Source: an uncultured virus (IMG/VR IMGVR_UViG_3300025723_000028)
Taxonomy: Duplodnaviria > Heunggongvirae > Uroviricota > Caudoviricetes
Length of the DNA stretch: 64,000 nt
Virus record (IMG/VR): IMGVR_UViG_3300025723_000028
Reading direction: 5' to 3' (one strand)
The translations under genes were made by a program, and so were the position numbers. Positions 16,958 through 24,638 of the stretch are shown here, in pieces (positions within the stretch are counted from its first letter, which is position 1; every line of letters starts with the position of its first letter). Under the pieces are notes generated by a model that saw nothing but the letters and a program-made list of their open reading frames with translations, searched no databases and was not told the DNA's origin.

Positions 16958-17904
16958 ATAGGCATTAACTGCTGTAACAATTCATTGTAATCAATGATGA
17001 TTTCTGTTTCACCATATTCTTCGACGTCTTCTATTATTTTTTTAATATCATCATCAACTTGGTTACTTCTGTATAATTCATAAAATTTTTCTAGTCCTGT
17101 ATATTTTGGTCTAATAGCCATATCAGGCCAATGTCTATACATAGCAAAAGGTTTAATACTAAAGTAATTCATATTGGTCCATGCACTTGCAAGCGCATAT
17201 TCATACTTAATCCAATGTTGAATATCAGGATCAAGCAACCATGCTAACATTATTTCCGGAGTTTGCATAAAGAATCTGTGACTAATGTCGTTGCCAATTT
17301 CTCTAGCAGATTCAATTAGTGCTATCGAGACTACTTCTTCTTCTAAATACAAACCCGTTAAATTCGGTCTACCATTGTATCTATGTCGTTGCAATTGTAT
17401 GTCCCCTCCGCCTAATACACAATGATAATCTTGAAAATGCTTAATCATTTCTCGATGTAATAAAATACCAACGTAGTCAATATTGTATCGCTTTGCATTG
17501 TTCAATAATTGATTTCGCAAGAAATATTCAAAATCAATGTTGACTATAGTGTGTTTTATGTTATGCTGTGTAACATAGTCTAATGCATATTGAATATCAT
17601 GCTTATTAATACTTGGATCATCGAGATAAGTTAAATTCATAATGCCAACTTCAAACTCAACATTAGCTGATTGAAAAGACCGAATTACAACTTCGCTGTC
17701 GATTCCTCCACTAAAACATATTAGTATTGGTTTTGTCGCATTTTCAGAAATTAATTTAGCTGCTCTAGTACATTCGTATTTAAATGACGTTGGCATATAT
17801 TCGCAACGTCCAAATTTTACCCAATAATTACCGATTTTATTATCAAAATTAAATAGACTGTCGCCCCAGCCAAATTGAAAATGATTGTTATGTGTAGTAT
17901 ACAT
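16954..17904 (-). CDS. PP-loop protein, paralogue of 11953-12885
   Basis: ICFSGGIDSE; shares THNNH start and TPExM motif with the paralogue. Confidence 0.7.
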   Translation of the reverse strand: MYTTHNNHFQFGWGDSLFNFDNKIGNYWVKFGRCEYMPTSFKYECTRAAKLISENATKPILICFSGGIDSEVVIRSFQSANVEFEVGIMNLTYLDDPSINKHDIQYALDYVTQHNIKHTIVNIDFEYFLRNQLLNNAKRYNIDYVGILLHREMIKHFQDYHCVLGGGDIQLQRHRYNGRPNLTGLYLEEEVVSIALIESAREIGNDISHRFFMQTPEIMLAWLLDPDIQHWIKYEYALASAWTNMNYFSIKPFAMYRHWPDMAIRPKYTGLEKFYELYRSNQVDDDIKKIIEDVEEYGETEIIIDYNELLQQLMPI

Positions 17905-17971
17905 ATTAATTTAATAACCTAACAATATTTAGCACTAAATATTAACGTTGATATAATAGTAAAAATTATTC

Positions 17972-18000
17972 TTGACAACATATAATAAAGAATATACAAT
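17972..18000 (+). promoter_or_regulatory. sigma70-type promoter
   Basis: TTGACA-17-TACAAT before tRNA-Leu. Confidence 0.75.
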
Positions 18001-18023
18001 AGTAACATAGTAAGAAATTAAAT

Positions 18024-18108
18024 GGGAGTGTGGAGAAATTGGTAAACTCAATTGACTTAAAATCAATCGGCGCAAGCCTTGGCGGTTCAAGTCCGCCCAT
18101 TCCTACCA
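18024..18108 (+). tRNA. tRNA-Leu(TAA)
   Basis: ATTGA-CTTAAAA-TCAAT. Confidence 0.9.
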
Positions 18109-18128
18109 AGAATTAATTGAAGTACAAT

Positions 18129-18203
18129 GCGGGTATAACTCAGTGGTAGAGTGTCAGCCTTCCAAGCTGTTCGTCGCAGGTTCGAATCCTGTTACCCGCT
18201 CCA
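18129..18203 (+). tRNA. tRNA-Gly(TCC)
   Basis: CAGC-CTTCCAA-GCTG. Confidence 0.9.
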
Positions 18204-18225
18204 AATTTAGTATAAATAATAATAT

Positions 18226-18301
18226 GCGGGTGTATCTCAGTTGGTAGAGAGCTTGCTTGCCAAGCAAGATGTCGTCGGTTCGAACCCGATCACCCGCTCC
18301 A
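18226..18301 (+). tRNA. tRNA-Gly(GCC)
   Basis: CTTGC-TTGCCAA-GCAAG. Confidence 0.9.
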
Positions 18302-18307
18302 GAGTAC

Positions 18308-18364
18308 TCCTTATATGACAGTTGAACATAGTCATATAAGGGAAGGGCAGCGTTCAACCTGCCC
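18308..18364 (+). ncRNA. two hairpins with complementary loops (kissing-loop candidate)
   Basis: CCTTATATGAC/GTCATATAAGG loop contains GTTGAAC; GGGCAG/CTGCCC loop contains GTTCAAC. Confidence 0.55.
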
Positions 18365-18375
18365 GAGAGTTTTTA

Positions 18376-18453
18376 GGGGGATGGGTCTGCTCGGAGTGGA
18401 CACCTGCTTTGCAAGCAGGAATCAGAACGGTTCGAATCCGTTATCCTCCACCA
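18376..18453 (+). tRNA. tRNA-Ala(TGC)
   Basis: G3-U70 pair; CCTGC-TTTGCAA-GCAGG. Confidence 0.85.
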
Positions 18454-18471
18454 AAATAATTATTTTAAAAT

Positions 18472-19086
18472 ATGATCAACACAAATTACTTAAAAATAGC
18501 AAATGATATTGAGTTTAATAGTTGGAATATTGAAGAAATAGAAAAATCATTTATCGATGTTGCTATACCAAATGAATCGACGGTTTATATACATCCTTCT
18601 GGTATGCCACATTGGCAATTATTTAAAAATACAAACATTGCATTTTCTAGAAACTTTTATTATAATTTTAAAGAACAATGTATAGAAGTTTCTGAAAAAT
18701 TAATAAATTTACAAAAATCTATGCAGTACGAAGATAACGCATTAGTAAAAAAATTTATAAATCATAAAATTACTCCACATAGGGTAGTACTTATGAAAGC
18801 AATAGCAGGATATGATGTATTACCGCATTGTGATGTAACTAGAAATATCAGTATTAATATAGGATTAAAAAATTCCAATATAGGTACTACTTATATTAGT
18901 GAAAATAAAGATTTTACAAATTTTTGGGCATATCCCAATTCGTCATTCACAATGCAAGATGGAGATGTATATTTGTTACAGGTAGAAAATGCGCATACAG
19001 TTACATCTAATGTGCCAAAAAGCGACAATTTAGCTAGATATATTATCAGTTATCATTTGGAGTTTAATTCCTGCCAAAATGCTTGA
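18472..19086 (+). CDS. 2OG-Fe(II) oxygenase-like protein
   Basis: VLPHCD...AHTV...R. Confidence 0.6.
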   Translation: MINTNYLKIANDIEFNSWNIEEIEKSFIDVAIPNESTVYIHPSGMPHWQLFKNTNIAFSRNFYYNFKEQCIEVSEKLINLQKSMQYEDNALVKKFINHKITPHRVVLMKAIAGYDVLPHCDVTRNISINIGLKNSNIGTTYISENKDFTNFWAYPNSSFTMQDGDVYLLQVENAHTVTSNVPKSDNLARYIISYHLEFNSCQNA

Positions 19087-19120
19087 TAATAAGTAATATG
19101 TGTACTATAATAAAGTTTGA

Positions 19121-19200
19121 TGCGGGATAGGGGAGTCTGGTCGTCCCCGCTAGTCTCATAAGCTAGAGATCGTGTGGTTCAAATCCCACTCCCGCTACCA
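19121..19200 (+). tRNA. tRNA-Met(CAT), initiator-like
   Basis: CTCATAA loop; unpaired 1-72. Confidence 0.8.
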
Positions 19201-19222
19201 GTTTTAAATTCAAAGGAAAATA

Positions 19223-19441
19223 ATGTTTATCAAAGTAACCAATGCAAGTCCCGCCCACAAAGGCAAGGCACTACTGCTTAAAGCTGATCTTATTCTAACT
19301 GTGTACGAAGGTACTGCAACCAGAGAAAATGACGTAACTGAAGAAGTAACCTTTGTCTTTAGTCCTGAACACGGGACTTGGGAAGTAGAAGACAGTGTTG
19401 AAAGCGTACTACAACAGTTAAACGAAATTTACCGTAATTAA
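19223..19441 (+). CDS. hypothetical protein
   Basis: AAGGA RBS, 72 aa. Confidence 0.65.
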   Translation: MFIKVTNASPAHKGKALLLKADLILTVYEGTATRENDVTEEVTFVFSPEHGTWEVEDSVESVLQQLNEIYRN

Positions 19442-19463
19442 TATTATAGTGTAATCAATATTT

Positions 19464-19538
19464 GCGTTTGAAGCTAAACGGACAAGCAAGAGCCTCTAAA
19501 ACTCCGAATAGTGGGTTCAACTCCCACCAAGCGCACCA
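19464..19538 (+). tRNA. tRNA with CTA anticodon (amber suppressor candidate, Arg-like body)
   Basis: GCGTTTG/CAAGCGC ACCA; AGAGC-CTCTAAA-ACTCC; T-arm GTGGG-TTCAACT-CCCAC. Confidence 0.7.
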
Positions 19539-19559
19539 AATTTTTAAAAGGAAAGTAGC

Positions 19560-19916
19560 ATGAAAAAATAGATTGGAAGTTCATCATTAAGACTGTGGAA
19601 GTGGGGCAATGACACTTATCATACTGGATACAGAATATTTACGCTGTGTTTTAGTAAGTTCTTTGATTGTTATATTTTTCACTATAAATTAGGTAGTTAC
19701 ATACCAAAGCACAAAGATCCAAGTGCTGGTCGTAAAATTTATAGATTAAACATAGAATTAGTTAAAGCAAAGAAAGGTGGGCAATTTGTTTGTAATAAAA
19801 TGATATGGTCTTTATGGAATAGAATCTATTTATTTCGTGCAGATGACTCTTATCACTATGTAACTTCGATTGAGCAAGGTTCAAGATGGGTTTTTAGTAT
19901 AGGAGTCAAATTGTAA
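19560..19916 (+). CDS. 2OG-Fe(II) oxygenase with in-frame TAG at codon 4 (not in the ORF track)
   Basis: AAGGA RBS, ATG AAA AAA TAG, then 114 open codons with YIPKHKD...GGQF...YHYVT...SRWVFSIG. Confidence 0.7.
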
Positions 19917-19925
19917 AGTTTTTAT

Positions 19926-20001
19926 CTGGGAGTAGTTCAATTGGTAGAATGCGTGCTTTGGGAGCATGTGGTTGCAGGTTCGAGACCTGTCTCCCAGACC
20001 A
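19926..20001 (+). tRNA. tRNA-Pro(TGG), second copy
   Basis: CGTGC-TTTGGGA-GCATG. Confidence 0.9.
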
Positions 20002-20032
20002 ATTTTAATGTAGTCTTAACTTTAGGAAACAC

Positions 20033-20251
20033 ATGCAAGTAAAAACAGCAGCAAGCCTTATCGATGTCAATATTTGTACCGAACAAGTTGGTAATAAACG
20101 CTATGATTTAGTTTTAATCGCCGCTGCCAAAATGCGAGAGATGAGATTTCATCGTACCGGATCAGGCAAGATTACAAGATTATCTGAAGCATTACTGGAA
20201 ATTCAAGAGGGGCGTGTTGACCCTGCTGAATATCTAAGAAAAATAAAATAA
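20033..20251 (+). CDS. RNA polymerase omega-subunit-like protein
   Basis: VGNKRYDLVLIAAAKMRE...ALLEIQEG resembles RpoZ. Confidence 0.7.
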   Translation: MQVKTAASLIDVNICTEQVGNKRYDLVLIAAAKMREMRFHRTGSGKITRLSEALLEIQEGRVDPAEYLRKIK

Positions 20252-20257
20252 GTTAGT

Positions 20258-20334
20258 TGGAGATTCGCCAAGCTGGTTAAGGCATCGGGTTTTGATCCCG
20301 ACATGCGTAGGTTCGAATCCTACATCTCCTGCCA
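20258..20334 (+). tRNA. tRNA-Gln(TTG)
   Basis: TCGGG-TTTTGAT-CCCGA. Confidence 0.9.
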
Positions 20335-20371
20335 TAAATTTAAATAAATACAGTATTAGTGAGGTTATCAC

Positions 20372-20992
20372 ATGAGATTCAAAGAGTTGTTTGAAATGCC
20401 AACATTTATCAATAAAGAATTGCCAGTCACAGATGTTAAGGTGCATGTTGCTAGCGTTGACACGTTGGACCGCGAATATGACTTATTAGGTTCTATCCCA
20501 GTTAGGAATAAAAAAATCATTGCAGCACTTAAAAAAGATAAATCCAGTGCTGTTATTGGACCTGCAGTTCTACGAGATGATGGTAAACCTTCTATAGAAG
20601 TAATTGTTACTCTTACCTTTCATGAAGCACCAAATTTGGGCGAGGCTAATAGTAACAAAACCTTGCAAGTTGATACTGTAACTTCAACTGATGAAGCTAG
20701 AGGGTTTGGATATGGATATCAGCTTTATAAAATGATTTTAAATCATGGATATACACTGGTTAGCGACAATATACAATGGAAAGCTGGTAAAGAGTTATGG
20801 TTAAAGATTATACGTAAAAGTGCAGCGGATCGACATAATGTTTTTATTTTGCAAGATGGTAAATACATGCGTGATGCTGAAGGGAAAGTTATAGTGTTCG
20901 ATGGAGTTAATATTTCACCTGAGGATATTTGGAGTGAAAAAAGGACAAGCGTAAAGCATTATCACACATTATTAGTAGCAAAAAATATTTAA
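20372..20992 (+). CDS. hypothetical protein
   Basis: TAAATA and GAGG RBS; ARGFGYGYQLY is GNAT-like. Confidence 0.65.
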   Translation: MRFKELFEMPTFINKELPVTDVKVHVASVDTLDREYDLLGSIPVRNKKIIAALKKDKSSAVIGPAVLRDDGKPSIEVIVTLTFHEAPNLGEANSNKTLQVDTVTSTDEARGFGYGYQLYKMILNHGYTLVSDNIQWKAGKELWLKIIRKSAADRHNVFILQDGKYMRDAEGKVIVFDGVNISPEDIWSEKRTSVKHYHTLLVAKNI

Positions 20993-20998
20993 AGTTTT

Positions 20999-21074
20999 AG
21001 GGGGTTAGCTCAGTTGGTAGAGCATCACGCCTACACCGTGAATGTCGTCGGTTCGAACCCGGCACCCCCTACCA
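20999..21074 (+). tRNA. tRNA-Val(TAC)
   Basis: TCACG-CCTACAC-CGTGA. Confidence 0.85.
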
Positions 21075-21121
21075 AATCAATATCAATATTATTGTCGAAA
21101 AAGACAAGTATGAAAAATATT

Positions 21122-21200
21122 GCGTGGTGAGCTAGTCTGGTGATTTCAGCGTATCCCTGAAGAGGATAAGAACCTGGTTCGATTCCGGGACCACGCACCA
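21122..21200 (+). tRNA. tRNA-Phe(GAA)
   Basis: TATCC-CTGAAGA-GGATA. Confidence 0.85.
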
Positions 21201-21218
21201 ATTTTATAAGAGAAAATC

Positions 21219-21524
21219 ATGAAAATGTATATCGCAATACGCGAGTCCGTTCCTGTTGGCTTTGCTATTAACAGCGCCAGTCATGGTAGCTTGATGGCCT
21301 ATCTCAAATGGCACATGGATGATGTTGACTTTCAAAACTGGATGCTGTATAGTTTTAAAAAAGTAACTTGTCGTGTTACCGATGAGGAATTTGAACAACT
21401 TAAACAGTTGGATAAATCACTTGTGGTGACCGAAAGTGCGTTAAAGGGTAACGAAGTAGCAGTTGTATTAGCTCCAAGAAAGGAATGGCCCGAAATTGTT
21501 CGGCAACTGAAATTATATAAATGA
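21219..21524 (+). CDS. peptidyl-tRNA hydrolase (Pth2-like)
   Basis: KMYIAIR...G...ASH...W...KKVTCRV...VAVVLAP pattern. Confidence 0.7.
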   Translation: MKMYIAIRESVPVGFAINSASHGSLMAYLKWHMDDVDFQNWMLYSFKKVTCRVTDEEFEQLKQLDKSLVVTESALKGNEVAVVLAPRKEWPEIVRQLKLYK

Positions 21525-21530
21525 TCGGCA

Positions 21531-21770
21531 ATGAAGACATTGTATTTTGAATTAAATGAAGAAACAGCCGGCAGACTCAATCTGCCTAGATATGTCTTTT
21601 ATAATAATACTCACCCTAGATATTATTATTTGATGTTCCCTGCTGATCGTGCTTGGCTTGAGGACGAACAGGGAGTTGTTTTTGCAAAGAATAGGCTGGT
21701 GGATATCAACCAGGCAGTGGTTGATATGAAGGAATTTTTAATGGTTAAATTGAGAAGTGTAGGAGCGTAA
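21531..21770 (+). CDS. hypothetical protein
   Basis: ORF track; operon context. Confidence 0.55.
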   Translation: MKTLYFELNEETAGRLNLPRYVFYNNTHPRYYYLMFPADRAWLEDEQGVVFAKNRLVDINQAVVDMKEFLMVKLRSVGA

Positions 21771-21994
21771 TGTATAAAATATATTGGACCAGAGCAGATG
21801 GTCAAGCGTGCAGTAAAGATTATATAGAAATGATGGAAGCATTAACCCAAACTAATCATTTACGTAGCATAGGACTTACTTATGTTACTATGGTTAGTGA
21901 AAATCCCAATAACGTCGGTAAAATGGGAGTGGATAGTATCACCGATGGTAAACTTCCCAATGGCGAAGATTATCTTTGGAAAAAGCGTAGGTAA
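21770..21994 (+). CDS. hypothetical protein
   Basis: AGGAG RBS, coupled ORF. Confidence 0.65.
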   Translation: MYKIYWTRADGQACSKDYIEMMEALTQTNHLRSIGLTYVTMVSENPNNVGKMGVDSITDGKLPNGEDYLWKKRR

Positions 21995-22000
21995 TACAAT

Positions 22001-22076
22001 GGCGGAGGTAGCTCAATGGTAGAGCCCAGGATTGTGATTCCTGTGGTTGCGGGTTCGAGTCCCGTCCTTCGCCCCA
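22001..22076 (+). tRNA. tRNA-His(GTG)
   Basis: G-1; CAGGA-TTGTGAT-TCCTG. Confidence 0.9.
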
Positions 22077-22077
22077 T

Positions 22078-22106
22078 TTGACAATTAATTGAAGTTCAAC
22101 TATAAT
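22078..22106 (+). promoter_or_regulatory. sigma70 promoter
   Basis: TTGACA-17-TATAAT. Confidence 0.85.
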
Positions 22107-22133
22107 AAGTACTTGTTAAACAAAGGAGCAGTT

Positions 22134-22262
22134 ATGAAAGCGTTCGGATCTAAGCGTTGCTACCACGACTGCCGTGTTGTTCAGGCAGGCAACGGTAAGA
22201 AAATCAAATTTACCGTTGGCGTGAAGTCACGCAAAAGCGGTCGTAAAATTGAAAAGGAGTAG
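22134..22262 (+). CDS. small basic protein (42 aa)
   Basis: AAGGAG RBS; MKAFGSKRCYHDCRVV... Confidence 0.55.
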   Translation: MKAFGSKRCYHDCRVVQAGNGKKIKFTVGVKSRKSGRKIEKE

Positions 22263-22264
22263 TT

Positions 22265-22399
22265 ATGAAAGCTCTTTATCGTAAACACAATGATCGTACT
22301 CATAATTCCAGTACATATCATAAAAAGGATGGCACCCCTGTACGTGCTCGTTTTAAAGAAATGTTACAACAACTTTTAAGGAGAAGTGATGAAGTCTAA
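22265..22399 (+). CDS. small basic protein (44 aa)
   Basis: AAGGAG RBS; MKALYRKHNDRTH... Confidence 0.55.
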   Translation: MKALYRKHNDRTHNSSTYHKKDGTPVRARFKEMLQQLLRRSDEV

Positions 22400-22598
22400 G
22401 ATGATCGTGCCAACACTGAATCCACGAAACCCGTTCGTGATGCTGGCACATAAAAGAAGTGCGGGAAGTCACGCTAAGCCACACAAGGCTCAGCGCAAGT
22501 TAGATAAGCAGAGGGGGTATAGCTCAATAGCAGAGCATCCGGCTTTTAACCGGTCGACCACGGAGCGTTACCGTGTGCCCCTACCATTATTATATTAA
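22386..22598 (+). CDS. small basic protein whose frame runs through tRNA-Lys
   Basis: AAGGAG RBS; RNPFVMLAHKRSAGSH. Confidence 0.5.
   Translation: MMKSKMIVPTLNPRNPFVMLAHKRSAGSHAKPHKAQRKLDKQRGYSSIAEHPAFNRSTTERYRVPLPLLY
22513..22586 (+). tRNA. tRNA-Lys(TTT), atypical D- and T-loops
   Basis: CCGG-CTTTTAA-CCGG; T-loop AGCGTTA; D-loop lacks GG. Confidence 0.75.
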
Positions 22599-22683
22599 AA
22601 CACACTAACCGGTGTTGGTATGTCGCACACTAGGACGGTCTTAAACACGGTCACTAGCAGTATAGTGTGTTTTAATATAATAA
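22587..22683 (+). repeat. outlying copy of the stem-bounded cassette
   Basis: TTATTATATTAAAACACACTA/TAGTGTGTTTTAATATAATAA; insert starts AACCGGTGTTGGTATGTCGCACACT as in unit 5801-5898. Confidence 0.85.
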
Positions 22684-22684
22684 T

Positions 22685-22759
22685 CCGGCTATAATTCAAC
22701 GGATAGAATAGAGGATTTCTACTCCTCCGATGTGGGTTCGATTCCTACTGGCCGGACCA
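22685..22759 (+). tRNA. tRNA-Arg(TCT)
   Basis: GAGGA-TTTCTAC-TCCTC. Confidence 0.8.
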
Positions 22760-22760
22760 A

Positions 22761-22836
22761 GGTAGTATAGCTCAGTTGGTAGAGCGGTGTCTTCATACGG
22801 CAATGGTCGGGAGTTCAAATCTCTCTACTACCACCA
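22761..22836 (+). tRNA. tRNA-Met/Ile2(CAT)
   Basis: TGTC-TTCATAC-GGCA; GGTAGTA/TACTACC ACCA. Confidence 0.8.
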
Positions 22837-22849
22837 CATAAATACAATA

Positions 22850-23548
22850 ATGAGAGCAACAGAATTCTTATCCGAACTAATTAGCCAAAAGCTCGCTCAA
22901 CCGATAATATGGGTTAATTCAAGTATAGCTAGATCTAGATTACCGTCTGGTGATGAGATTGAAGTACAATTTGCGCCTGTGGCTCCCGGGTATGATGACA
23001 TATCGTTTAGCGTGAATCGTAAATTTACAATAACTAGTGGCGGAAATGCAAATCAAGTATTTGCAACAGTTATACAAGCAATAAAAGAATATATAGCCAA
23101 CAATCCCAAATTACACACAATTACCTTTGCTGCAAACGAAAAAAGCCGTGCTAGGGCATATGATGCGTTAATTAAACGAATAACTCCCGGGTTAGGATGG
23201 CATGTAGTACCGCATGATGATATAATAAAAGATCCCAAATATATAAATTCCATGGGGCGTGGTGGATATTTATTTGCTATGGAAAAAGGAGTGGCACCGG
23301 ATCATAGACAGCCTGAACAAAAACCAAAGCATGGAAAATTTAAAAATGTGTGGTATATAAACAATATACAAGATAAGACATTGCCCCAATACAAAGTTAC
23401 TGGCGGTGAAAAAGCATGGCATGCTATGAAATATGTACTTGATAATATAGAAGAATACAAACAACTAAACCCTCAAGCTATTATCATTAAACATTATCCT
23501 AGTCCAGGACAACAAATTATTGACTTAGGCGAATATAACCCATCATGA
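22850..23548 (+). CDS. hypothetical protein
   Basis: TAAATA upstream; starts MRATEFLSE. Confidence 0.65.
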   Translation: MRATEFLSELISQKLAQPIIWVNSSIARSRLPSGDEIEVQFAPVAPGYDDISFSVNRKFTITSGGNANQVFATVIQAIKEYIANNPKLHTITFAANEKSRARAYDALIKRITPGLGWHVVPHDDIIKDPKYINSMGRGGYLFAMEKGVAPDHRQPEQKPKHGKFKNVWYINNIQDKTLPQYKVTGGEKAWHAMKYVLDNIEEYKQLNPQAIIIKHYPSPGQQIIDLGEYNPS

Positions 23549-24546
23549 GATTACATGAAATAACACAAAATGTTAACGAAGCAGTGAACTTCACTAGATA
23601 TATTCACGATGTCGAAAATGCTATCAAACAAGGTATTTTAAAGTCTGTCGATACGCTTCCGAAAATAAAAATTACTTCTGAAATGCAGGACGAAATCGAC
23701 ACAACTAATAGCTTTGGGTCTGTTAAGAAAAAAGCTAATTTGGCGAAATTAATGTCAACTTATTGTTCGGTTAATTTAAAAAATCTAGCAGTAAAACAAA
23801 TGCAAGTACCTGTTAAGAGTGTTATTTTTGCTGCATTGGAAAATAATCATAATGGCGAATGTACGGGATTAGACATTGGCCTAAACATTAATTATATAAA
23901 TTCCATAAGCAATAAAATTTGGCATCACTGGTCCGATACATTACATAGACTATATGACAGATACAATCAAGATGACAATGATGACGATTCGTATGATGAT
24001 AATTACATAGATGATTATCCCATGGACTATAATGAACTGGCATCTGATGCAATAGCTACGTTCAAAAATAATTTATTTCTTCCCAATATAGAAGACACTA
24101 TTGACAAATGTGCCAGTACTTTTATACACGAAATAGTTCATGCACGACAGCATCAAGCTCAGTATGCCCTTGGCAAAGACGATGATTATAGAAGTTATTT
24201 AAAAAATAAAGATATACAGACAAAACAAGAATTTCAAGATATGATATCCACATCTGGCGCATTAGATAATCCCGAAAATTATAAATTATATCGTGCTAGT
24301 CCACAAGAAATGGCTGCATTCGCTAATCAAGAAGCTGCAAAATTTATTAAAGTTAATGGATTAAATAAACCCGGCGTCAAGCCTAATGCAGCAATTATGT
24401 CAAGACTTGAAACGCATCTCGGAAATTTGTTTAGAGATAGGTCTAATTATAAAGAGTATCAACTACTAAAACGGTACGGAACATTGATATATAAGGCAGT
24501 TGCTGACTATCTCAATCGAAAAGCTGAATTAGAAAAAAATCAATAA
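23545..24546 (+). CDS. putative zinc metallopeptidase-like protein
   Basis: FIHEIVHARQ (HExxH)...PQEMAAF. Confidence 0.6.
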   Translation: MRLHEITQNVNEAVNFTRYIHDVENAIKQGILKSVDTLPKIKITSEMQDEIDTTNSFGSVKKKANLAKLMSTYCSVNLKNLAVKQMQVPVKSVIFAALENNHNGECTGLDIGLNINYINSISNKIWHHWSDTLHRLYDRYNQDDNDDDSYDDNYIDDYPMDYNELASDAIATFKNNLFLPNIEDTIDKCASTFIHEIVHARQHQAQYALGKDDDYRSYLKNKDIQTKQEFQDMISTSGALDNPENYKLYRASPQEMAAFANQEAAKFIKVNGLNKPGVKPNAAIMSRLETHLGNLFRDRSNYKEYQLLKRYGTLIYKAVADYLNRKAELEKNQ

Positions 24547-24638
24547 TTAATAAATTTTAATAAGTCAATGTCAACCCTTTGGTTGACGTATTCATTTGAC
24601 TTGTGTTACAATATGTTTTTAGTTAACAAGGAAAGAAA

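Noticed and set aside
22685..22759. Second amber suppressor (loop contains CTA)
   Set aside because: The 5-bp stem GAGGA/TCCTC centres TCT, so it is Arg(TCT)
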